From Azolla caroliniana (lineage: Eukaryota; Plantae; Polypodiophyta): a stretch of 64,000 bases of DNA. The notes beneath the pieces were generated by a model. That model was not told the DNA's origin and made no database searches. It worked only from the letters and a program-made list of their open reading frames with translations. A program made the translations under genes and the position numbers. Below, piece by piece: positions 49,689 to 60,400 of this stretch; position 1 is the stretch's first letter, and every line of letters starts with the position of its first letter. The DNA lies in assembly GCA_043228905.1 (NCBI GenBank), contig JBHGNT010000002.1, positions 14,322,001-14,386,000 of the forward strand, given 5' to 3'.

Positions 49689-52600
49689 TTAGAAATAATC
49701 TTTGCAAGAGCAAGCACCGTCCTTGAAATGATGAACCCTATATGTATCAATCACGATTATTTCTCGCCCTTCCATCTTGGATATAGCCTTTGTGGAAGTA
49801 TGGCAATCAATGCAAACTCGAAGGTTCTTTGCCACCCGGATTGGAGTGCCAGGGGGTGTGCTTATAAGCCCAAAAGCTATAGCTAGCTTCTCACAATGCC
49901 CACATAAATACTGCTCCTTGTCCTCATCCGACATTTGTTCTAAAACAATGTGTGTTTGCGGTAAGCAACCGTCTTGTTTCATTTCTGTCCCTAACCTATG
50001 CAATTTCTTGTAAATGTCCTTGATTCGTGGGTGTGATTTATCTCCAACTGAGAAATTATGGACCTTGTCATCAACCTCAATGAAGCATTTACCTGGCTTC
50101 TTCCATGCATGTGCTTGTATCCTCTGTTCTTTAAGAGCTTCTGCTTCTTTTGACATGCCAGCATCCAAATAGATATTACACATAAGAACATAACTTGAGG
50201 CATAGGTCTTATCAATGGATGTTATATGATCAAAACATCGGCGGCCAAGCTCAACTTCACCGTGTACTCGACAATGAGTGAGCAAGGATGTCCACCCTGC
50301 TATGTTGGACTTGAAAGGTAGACTATCAAGTAGCTCTTCGGCTTGCCTCACACAACCACCACGACCCAGAAGATCAACCAAGCAATTGCAATGATCGACT
50401 GTGGGCAATATGCCATGGTCCTCATTCATCGCTTTGAACTGTTGACATGCTTGCTCTAGCAAACCCTTATGACTACATGCTGAAAGCAGAGACACAAAAG
50501 TTACATAATTTGGTTTTAGACCTTCCTTCTGTAGGCCATGGAAGTATCCTTCTGCTGCAGTATAGTCATTATGTTGCGCATGGCCTGCAATCATTGCTGT
50601 CCAGCTCACCAAATCTTTTTGTGGCATCTCATTAAACACAGTAGTTGCATCTCCCATACTTCCACACCTAGTGTACATATCAATCAGTGTATTTCCAATG
50701 GCCAATTCAAATTCACAACCGAGCTCTCGGATACGAGCATGTACAAGTTTGCCCAACTCCAAGGCAGCCATACTAGTGCACGCTTTTAGTACACTAATAC
50801 ATGTGATTTTGTCTGAGACTAAACCATGTGTACGGATCTTGCGATAAAGATGTGCCGCTTCTTCACCGTGTTTGTATTGAGCATACCCAGCAATCATAGC
50901 GTTCCAAGTGACAATATCTTGCTTTGGTGAGTCATCAAATACCTTACGGGCATCCTCGATGCTTCCACAATTACAATACATATGAATGAGGGTAGTTGTC
51001 ATCACGTCTTCAAGATTACAACCGCTTCTGATGATATGTGAATGGATCGCCTTTCCCTGTTCTAAATTGGAAGTAGTGGAACATGCTTTCAGAATGATTA
51101 TAAATGTTGCTTTATCTGGTTCTAACCCTAGATCACCCATTCCAAGGAAGATTTGAAATGCTTCATTGCTATTTCCACATTCCGCAAATCCTTCTATCAT
51201 TGCATTGCATCTCACAAGGCTTGGTTTTGACACATCTGAGAAAACCCTCCAAGCATCACCCAAGTTTCCACATTTTGAATACATGTCAACTAATGAGTTT
51301 AGCACAAACTCGGCCTCGTGATAACCATCCTCAACTGCCTGAGAGTGAAGCAATCTACCTTGTTCTAGGGCTCTGATGTTTGAACAAGCTTTCAAAACAC
51401 TAACAAATGTATGAGAATTGGGTCTACTAGATTGTATCATATCCTTATACAATCCCAAAACTTCATCTCCATAACCATTTTGAGAATAGGCGGCAAGCAT
51501 TGTACTCCAACAAACTACATTGCGATTCAGTAACCTATCAAAAATCCTTCGAGCATCTACAAGTGACCTACACTTTACATACAAATTAATAAGGGAAACG
51601 CCCAAAAACTCATCCAATTCAATCCCCGACTCAATGATATAGCTATGGATGAGTTTTCCACAGAAAAAAGATGAAATATTTGAGCACGCTTTCAATATAG
51701 ATGCAAAAGTGACATCGTTAGGGTTAATACCATGAGACCAAAGTTGGTTAAACAATTCGAGTGCAGAACGATTACGTCCATGTTGGACATATCCAGCAAT
51801 CATTGCACTCCATGACACCACACTCTTCTCGGGCAATATGTCAAATAACTTGTTTGCATCCAATAACACACCACATTTGCAATACATATCGATAAGTGTG
51901 TTTCCGATAAAGACACTAGATTCACATCCATCTTCAATGATATGCCCATGTATTGATTGACCTGCCTCTAAGTCACCTAAACTAGCACATGCTTTCAAAG
52001 CAGTAATGAAGACAAACTCACTTTGATTCACATTCGAATGTGACATATCACTGTATAATTTCAAAGCTTGCTTATATTGCCCAAGTTTGATATGTGCTGA
52101 AATGATGGCAATCCATGTAAACTCAGTTAAGTTGGAAATCTTACTGAATACTTCATTAGCTTCTTCTAGAGCACCACAAGATGCATATAAATGAATGAGA
52201 TGACTTCCTAAGAATCCATTCGTCTCAAAACCAGCTCTCGCAATGGAAGAACTCACTTCTCTGGCCATGGCGACATCTTTTGTGATCATACATGATTGAA
52301 TTAAACCATAGTAAATGTTGATAGGAACACATACCCCTTGCTTTTCTATGAAATCTAAGGCTTGTATAGCCTCATTAAGCTTTCCTTCTTTACAAAGATT
52401 TTGCACATTCTCAATAAATGCGAAAACAGCCTCATCTGCTGGAACTCTACAGACACACAAACATACACATATTATAATAGAAAACAAATTAGACAGAAGA
52501 AAATGAATGCTAAGATAGAAAAAAGTATACGCATACAAAAGTGAGAAGAAGAAGAGGAAGGAAGAGAACCTGGTCTTTCTAAGGTTTAAGGTAGTTGAGA

Positions 52601-52709
52601 CAACCCTGATATGATGTGAGAGTCTCGGTATAGAATTAGGGTTGGGTTTTTGTCGAAAAGATTGAGAAGTGTGACACCTCCTGAGCAGAAACAGAGCAAA
52701 TCTGTTCAT
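49689..52709 (-). CDS. PLS PPR-E-DYW RNA editing factor, DYW:KP-like; exons 52709-52570 and 52446-49689
   Basis: Transit-peptide-like exon 1; PLS array; WKKPGKCFIE; HCEKLA...CIDCH; ends CSCKDYF; 123-nt GT-AG intron. Confidence 0.92.
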   Translation of the reverse strand: MNRFALFLLRRCHTSQSFRQKPNPNSIPRLSHHIRVVSTTLNLRKTRFSSFLFFFSLLYAYTFFYLSIHFLLSNLFSIIICVCLCVCRVPADEAVFAFIENVQNLCKEGKLNEAIQALDFIEKQGVCVPINIYYGLIQSCMITKDVAMAREVSSSIARAGFETNGFLGSHLIHLYASCGALEEANEVFSKISNLTEFTWIAIISAHIKLGQYKQALKLYSDMSHSNVNQSEFVFITALKACASLGDLEAGQSIHGHIIEDGCESSVFIGNTLIDMYCKCGVLLDANKLFDILPEKSVVSWSAMIAGYVQHGRNRSALELFNQLWSHGINPNDVTFASILKACSNISSFFCGKLIHSYIIESGIELDEFLGVSLINLYVKCRSLVDARRIFDRLLNRNVVCWSTMLAAYSQNGYGDEVLGLYKDMIQSSRPNSHTFVSVLKACSNIRALEQGRLLHSQAVEDGYHEAEFVLNSLVDMYSKCGNLGDAWRVFSDVSKPSLVRCNAMIEGFAECGNSNEAFQIFLGMGDLGLEPDKATFIIILKACSTTSNLEQGKAIHSHIIRSGCNLEDVMTTTLIHMYCNCGSIEDARKVFDDSPKQDIVTWNAMIAGYAQYKHGEEAAHLYRKIRTHGLVSDKITCISVLKACTSMAALELGKLVHARIRELGCEFELAIGNTLIDMYTRCGSMGDATTVFNEMPQKDLVSWTAMIAGHAQHNDYTAAEGYFHGLQKEGLKPNYVTFVSLLSACSHKGLLEQACQQFKAMNEDHGILPTVDHCNCLVDLLGRGGCVRQAEELLDSLPFKSNIAGWTSLLTHCRVHGEVELGRRCFDHITSIDKTYASSYVLMCNIYLDAGMSKEAEALKEQRIQAHAWKKPGKCFIEVDDKVHNFSVGDKSHPRIKDIYKKLHRLGTEMKQDGCLPQTHIVLEQMSDEDKEQYLCGHCEKLAIAFGLISTPPGTPIRVAKNLRVCIDCHTSTKAISKMEGREIIVIDTYRVHHFKDGACSCKDYF

Positions 52710-53106
52710 TCTTGTAAACCAGAAAACATTTATTGCTATGAATGTAGGAGGAGGAAGATGAACGCACCATGTTTTTAAAATCCATTCTTGTACATGGAGG
52801 TATAATAATACCTTTTAAATTAAAGTAGGGAAAAGATACAGGATACCCCTGAAAGTTCGTTTATTTATCAGAATGCCCCTCGAAGTTCCAAATTTACCAA
52901 ACTACCCCTATGTTCAAAAAAATACACTTTATAAAGTAATTATACACTCAAATCTACAAGCCCTATTTACCAGAATACCCTTTAAATACAAATTTCTTTA
53001 CTTAAGCGATTCTTTGGGTCCTTTGTACCTAACAATGTAGTCTTTCTTTTCTTTCTTGTTCATTGGGTTGATAAATCGTCTTCATCATCAAGATCCATAG
53101 AAGGTC

Positions 53107-53183
<77 letters not shown>

Positions 53184-53540
53184 TATATATATATATATAT
53201 ATACATTTCTCTATGTTTAGGTTTGCTCTTTCTTCTTTTATTATTCAATCCCCTTTTCCTTCTAATTTCTCTTTTTCCCGTATCCTTCAAAGAATTCTTT
53301 TTCTTCTTCCTCTTCTCTTTGTCTCTCTCTCATTTCGATGGTTGATGTCTCTCATAGAATGGCTTTGGTGGAGGGAAGGTAGTTTGAATATTTGAAGGAG
53401 CTTCGACAAGCTGTGAGATATGATGCAATTAGCTCTCATGTTAATTTTGATCCGTCTACAAAAAATGTAATTCCAAAAATATCCACAAAATCAAATATAT
53501 CTATCGACTCAACAAAATATCCAATAATGCACAATCGTCA

Positions 53541-55010
53541 CTAAATTGGGGCCCTACAATTGCGAGCATTGTGTCCTTTCCCACGACACCTTTCACAACG
53601 ATGCTCTTTCTTCTTTGTGCCTTCTTCTATTGTGTGTATACGTTTGGTTTTTGGACGTCTAGGAGGTCTTCGTGTGGCTGGTGGTAACATGCCTCCAACA
53701 ATATTATCATACGTTACAATAGGAAATATTGGCTTCTTGTAACTATCACAATATGATTGCAACAAATATGCCTTATGTGCAAAAAGATTGAACTCTTTCT
53801 TTTCGAAACAAAATAGCAACTGCTGCATGTGCACAAGGTAACCCCATATCCAACCAATGCATCATGTGTTATCTCTCCATTAACCAATCCAATATGTGCT
53901 TTAGAAGTTTCTCCATTAACCCGCCTTTCATAAAACCATGACATTATCTTTTGGTGTATCAATTCCATCATCCCTAGAGTAAGCATAGCTCTAGCCTCTA
54001 ACGACCATGCATTTAGGGACTCAGCAATGTTAGATGTCAAGTGTCCAAACCTTTTCCCTGAAAATTTACATGTAGCCCAATGTGAGGGGTTGGCGGTGCT
54101 CATTAACCATTCAACTGCATTACTATTTAAAGTGCGTATTTCTCCAATGATAACATCAAAGTCTTGAGCATTAGTTGCATTTGCAACTTTCCACAACATC
54201 CCCAATAGTTGAGTGCTTTTAAAAGCTTTTCTGAAATTGTCTGATAGATGGCGCATGCAATATCCATGTATCATTGCCAAACACCAAAATGACACCATCC
54301 ACTAAACCCTTTTGTCTATCCGAAATAAATGTTGGTGGATCTATGTGTCGAAGAACATCCTTCAAACTTTGAAGAAACCAACACCAATTATCATCATTCT
54401 TTGCTATTACTACACCAATTGCAATCGGAAACAAAGCACCTTGTGCATTGATGGTAGTAGCCCTGAGAAGGATTCCTAGATATTTTGCTTTCAAATGAGT
54501 TCCATGTAGACCAATTATTGGTCTACAATGCATGAGACCATTTATGCTTGCATTGTAAGCAATGAATATGCGAGGAAAGCGACCTTCAATTGTTTCTTGA
54601 ACATGTGCCACACTACCAGGATTAGCTTCTAAAATGTTTTGGCAATAATTACGAAGATTTTGATATGCAAATTATACATGATTCCCATGGCTTTGAGCAT
54701 GTGCACTTTCTTTTCATTTCCACGCTACCCTATAAGAGATAGTGACACCTTTTTCACAACGCACATCACCAATTAGTTCCTTTGGTGTGTATGTAAGATG
54801 ATCTTTAAACTTCTCCAATGTTGTTTCCGCCAACCATTTTGAGCTTACTTATTTGTTCCCCAAGTGTTGAGTGCCACCACATTTATGTTCTTCCCTATTC
54901 TTCTTGATCTGGAATGTTGGACTTCCTTCAATACAAGATGCATGCAACCTCCATCGACATCCAGAATTTTTGCATGCAATAGTTAATCTAGCAAAAGTCA
55001 TGTGAGCACA
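53541..55010 (-). pseudogene. MuDRA-like transposase remnant
   Basis: CRWRLHAS, (D/H)GTHLKAKYLG, FISDRQKGL, HGYCMRHL, TSNIAESLN, C-terminal CERCRGKGHNARNC; frameshifted. Confidence 0.88.
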
Positions 55011-55250
55011 AATTTAAGATTAAAAGTCAAGTGAGTGTAAAAACCATATGATGTCCCGGATGAACAATGGAGATAAAGAGATGGGGAAGTTGATGAGATA
55101 GGGAGATCGAGAAGTTGATGAGAATGAGTAAAAGTATCTATTCCATGACTGGTGATGATCTCCTTGATGTTAACAAGGGAGATCAACCCTTTTTATACAT
55201 GTAGTGATGCATGATAAGCATGCTCATGCCTAGTGTTACATACTATAATA

Positions 55251-55710
55251 TCAAGCATACTAATTCTTGCATGCCAAGTCTTACATACTGGATCTTACAT
55301 ACTGGGTCTTACATATTGAGTCTTACATACCACTCTTTATACAAAGATTTGAAGTCTAAAGTTTTTCTAGGAGAAATATATATACACAAGGGTCTAAGGT
55401 TCACATTCGAGTTGATGTTTATGACATATGAGTGCAAAATTCATGTGAACCTTGTTTTATCCGACTTGATCACTCTTAGCTCAAGCATACTAATTCTTGC
55501 ATGCCAAGTCTTACATACTAAGTCTTACATACTGGGTCTTACATATTGAATCTTACATACCACTCTTTATACAAAGATTTGAAGTCTAAAGTTTGTCCTG
55601 GAGAAATATATATATACAAGGGTCTAAGGTTCACATTTGAGTCGATGTTTATGACATATGAGTGCAAAATTCATGTGAACCTTGTTTTATCCGACTTGAT
55701 CACTCTTAGC
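55251..55710. repeat. Tandem duplication, 2 x 230 bp, with internal GTCTTACATACT subrepeats
   Basis: Units start at 55251 and 55481; TCAA microhomology. Confidence 0.92.
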
Positions 55711-55960
55711 TCAACATGAGAGCTAATTGCATCATCTCTCACAGCTTGTCGAAGCTCCTTCCAAGAGTCAACCTGCCTTCCCTCCACCAAAGCCATTCTA
55801 TGAGAGACATCAACCATCAAAATGAGAGAGAGACAGAAAGAAGAAGAAAGAAAGAAATCTTTGAAGGATACAAGAAAAAAAGAAATTAGAAGGAAAAGGG
55901 GATTGAATAATAAAAGAAGAAAGAGCAAACTTAAACATAGAGAAATGACCACATATAAAC

Positions 55961-55991
<31 letters not shown>

Positions 55992-56133
55992 GAGAGAGAG
56001 TACTGACCTTCTATGGATCCTGATGATGAAGACGATTGATCAACCCAATGAACAAGAAAGAAAAGAAAGACTACACTGTTAGGTACAAAAGGACCCAAAG
56101 AATCGCTTAAGTAAAGAAATTTGTGTTTGAAGG

Positions 56134-56358
56134 TGTTACCCGTATAGGTGTACGAGAGGGTTGGGTGTAATGTGGAAGGTGTGTAAGGTGTAATATGAAA
56201 TGTGAATGTGTGAGTGCTAGGTGGGGTAAGTAGGTGTACCTACGTCCATTCAGCTTTTTGTAATGATCAGATCTTTTACTATATAAATCCCCACTCATGG
56301 GGCATGAAGAAAGAGAAATATATTGACGTTACCACCTCAACTGTGTCTCTGACTCTTC

Positions 56359-56418
<60 letters not shown>

Positions 56419-57020
56419 CTTCTCATTCTCTATGCATCTCCCTCTCCCCTCACATTTGAACCCCCTTGGGAGAGGGGTGGAGCCAATCTTGACTCCACCC
56501 CCCACCGATCAACACCTGTCCCACCAGGCATGCCAAATTGTGTTGCCTTCCTTCCCGAAGTCGACACCTTCGATTTCCTAGACAAAATCGGGCCAAGAGT
56601 TGTGGTACGTGGTGATCAGGGCGATACCAGAAAACAGGATTTTAAATACGTTACGTAAGGGAGGTCTCTTCCTACCACATCAATTTCATAAGGGACAACA
56701 ATCACATAACATCAACACAAGAAATAGACCCCAAAACTATATGTATTACGAGTAGGTAATGAATACAGTTACACGGCTCATGACAGGAATTAACAACGAA
56801 GTGATAGTATGACCTAGACACTTAGAATCCCATAATCACGGGTTATAGTTCCCTTCTTCCCTTTGCTCTCTCCCCCTTGTCTCGTTCTCCTGTTCTTTTT
56901 GTAGCTTTTCCCTTCCTCTTTGCTTTGGCGTGCTTTGCTTCTTCCCGTTCTTGGCTGTACATACTATGGTTGTCTTCGTTCCTTACGGTTGTTCACCTAC
57001 TTTGACCTACTCTCTTACGT
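56134..57020 (+). mobile_element. LTR-like element X (LTR about 56134-56608 plus leader) inserted in the MULE right TIR
   Basis: TIR homology stops exactly at TGTTACC (56134); TATA box, (CT)n, then PBS-like TGGTGATCAGGG. Confidence 0.55.
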
Positions 57021-57453
57021 TGTTACCGGGAAAAGTATGGATGTGTCGGAGTCGGAAGGATGTTCGGAGTCAAAGTCGGAGTCGGATCGACAGTTCGGAT
57101 CGATGACTCAACAGATAGTCGAATAGAACATAGTTTTGTAATTCTTGATAATTATAGGCAATAGGATTTCTTGATGAGAAAAGACCTTCGGGTTACCTAT
57201 AAAAGGAACCGAAGGCATTGTAAAAATCTATCATTGTATTTAGTAATATAAAGTTTAGTTAGCAAACCTCTGTGTACGGATCGCTCTTGCCATCTATTTC
57301 CTTCTGTCTAAGCTATATTACATAAGTTACAATCTCGGTGTCTGTTATCATTGATAAGTTTACAGATAATTCGTATCTATTCGTCTAACCACAACTTCTT
57401 GATAGAACGTTTGGTACGAACCTTCGTATTATATTATGTCGGCAAAGTAGTAA

Positions 57454-60400
57454 ATGTCGACCGAACAACACAGTGTAATTTTGGCACGCCCGGTTACATC
57501 TGCACATAGTAGAGAACAAGACGAATGGATGTCTTCTGGTCCGAATACACCAGTCGGTTGTAAACGTCCTCGTACGCGTTCTATTACGAAGACGCTAGAG
57601 ACAGAATCAGCTGAGGAATTACAGCCGAAAACAAGTAGAAGGTGGTTTGTACTTCCTGATTTAACTGATAGCCAGTCTTTGGACAAAAATCAGCCGGAAG
57701 AGGTATCATTTTACGATATCTGGAGTGAGGACAATATGCCTTATCCGTACTCTAAGTTCTGTGAGGGAACTGATGCAGAAGTGCATGTGAGGGATTTCCT
57801 GACAACATGGGAGATTAACCATGGGGCTCAAGGACTGTCGGCGGTAGCCGAAGATAAGTCTAAGATTGTTGAGTTCATTTTGTGATTGGAGGGTTATTCT
57901 GCTAATTGGTTTGCGCAAAATGGTCTCCGTGGGTTCGAAACATTCGAACAATTGACCAACAAATTTCTGCAGTAATTTCATTGTTAGATACCTCAAAAGG
58001 ATTTGATAGTGCAATTTTATGCATTGTATCAAGAGCAGCAGGAAACGGTGTCTCAATTCGTGATCCGTTTTCAGAATTTACAACTTCAAATTTCTAGGCC
58101 TATTCCGGACAATGAATTGAAGGATGTATTCCTTGAAGCAATTCGTGAACCATTACGAACAACATTGAAGGTGTTCGATTTCCGGAATCAGAATATCGAG
58201 CAAGTGATTGATAAGGCAATCGCTATGGGCCAACAACCGATAAATGTACAGAGTATGGATATGTCAACACTAAATCGTACACTGCCAACGATGGAGGAGT
58301 TACAATTTCGATAAGCAGTTCAGTGTACTACTTGTTTAAATATTGGTCATTCGGCGATCGAATGTAGTCTACGAACGGACTACACAATATGTCATTCTAA
58401 ACTTCATTCGGTCGAGCAATGTGAGTATAACTTGCTCAATAAAACGACAGCTCCGGTAAGACAAATTTTTCCGGAAAACGGGTACCACAATAACCAGAAT
58501 TCGTTCAATAATGGGTACGAACAGAATAGTTTTCCACAAAAACAACATAATTTTCAACAAAATCAAGCCTTTCAGCAAAATAATTTTCAATAGAATCCAG
58601 CTTTTCAACAAAATAATCAGGCCTTTCAACAAAATAATTTTCAGCACAGTCAAGATTTTCAACAAAATCAAGAATTCTCGGCAGTACCGAATATGAATCA
58701 ACAACAACAAAATGGAGGACGGTTTAAGCAGAACGGGTATAAAAATAAAAAATTCTACAAGTTGAAAGCCTCATGACAGTTTCAGCAATCGCCGAATTCC
58801 AATGGGAATGATGGTCAATAGTTTATGCAAAATGATGGGACTGGTCAGTTTGTGCAAGGCGAGGGAAGTGGAACGTTTGTTCCTACTTGCTATATTTGCC
58901 GTCAAACTGGTCATTATGCTAATCAGTGTCCTGCTAAAGGAAAAGGACCGGCGGTTAATATGGTTATACCGGAAATACAACAAGTAACCACTAGAAGCAA
59001 AAGTAAACAATTTGAGTGGGAGATTCAGGAAGCAGTTTGTAAAGCAGCCAAGGAATGGGTAGAGGAAGCAAACCAAAATAATGTAAACCGGATGCTCCAA
59101 GACAATGAAATTAACCAAGCTACTGAATTACCAGGAGCTACGGCTATACTAGAACAAGAGGAAACTTGGAAGATCTTGGCAGATTGCCAAGTATCACTAC
59201 CACTGACCCGATTACTTAAATTGGTTCCTAGATTTACCGAAAAGGTGGCGACATTGACTGCCCAAAAAGGGTTAGAACAAGTATCGGTACACTATAGTCA
59301 GCTGAGCACCAGCCCTTCAAACACGGATGAGAAAAATCCATCGATTAAAGTAATAATTCATGGTTAGGAAATCGAAAATGCGATTGTCGATGGTGGCTCA
59401 GGAGTAAATGTCATTAATAAAACCACCTGTGATAGGTTGGGTATTACTAAATGGGAAGTTTGCCCATTTTGGCTAAGAATGGCAGATACTAGTATGGTAC
59501 GACCAATTGGCTTACTCCAACAATTAGAGGTGGTGTTGGGTGGTCAGAGCTTTCTGATATCGGTAGTAATACTTCATTTGGAAGCTCCTAGTGCATATCC
59601 CTTGCTATTAGGTCGGCCATGGTTAAAGACTGCTAACATCAAGCAGAATTGGAATCAGAATCAATTGACATTTAGAAAAGGAAAAACGAAAATCCGGGTG
59701 TCTACACAGAACAAGGTTGCGACAAGCAAACAATGTTTGCTAGTGCATGCTGAGTTCATCAATATGATGGAAGGATTAGACGAGGTCGAAGAAAATCAGT
59801 ATTTTGATGATAATCCGAAAATCATTCCTTTGTTCGAAGTGGATATTTTACAAGCTCTAACACCGTATGTGGAGTCCTAGGAGGAATCGTCAATAGATGA
59901 GCAAACAATGAAGGAAATACAACTCCAACAAGAAGCTACTGACAGAGAGATGAAGGTGTCCCAACGAGTTCAAGCTTCAGCATTGAAGGAAATAAATTTG
60001 GCAGAAGAAGATAAGGACAATGAGTTGAAAATAGTACTCATTGCTAAAGATATGATAGAAGCTGACAAACAACGGTTAACGACTGTTGAGAGACAAGCTC
60101 AACATCGGCCGGATCGGTTGAAGAAGCCGAGGACCGGATCGGTAGGGACCGATCGGTTAGGCCGAATGCGTAAACCGGTACGCAGACCGGTGCGTAGGCA
60201 GGGCCGGATCGGTGTGTAAACCGGGAGGCCGTTAGGAAAGATATTCCGTGAGGAATATATTTGGGAGTTAGTGTAGGAGCTCTCAATGAGCATTGAAGTA
60301 CTGTCAGTACTTCTGTCAGTCCTTCTAGGACTTGTATAAAAGTGTTCATTGAACACACATATGTATAGAGTCGTGAATAGAGGTTGAATATAGTTCTTGT

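Larger units (their letters stand above)
52828..56133 (-). mobile_element. Mutator-like element (MULE) with long TIRs (left 52828-53441; right 55713-56133, interrupted)
   Basis: Long inverted repeat pair; left end starts GGGAAAA; internal MURA-like remnants. Confidence 0.88.
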
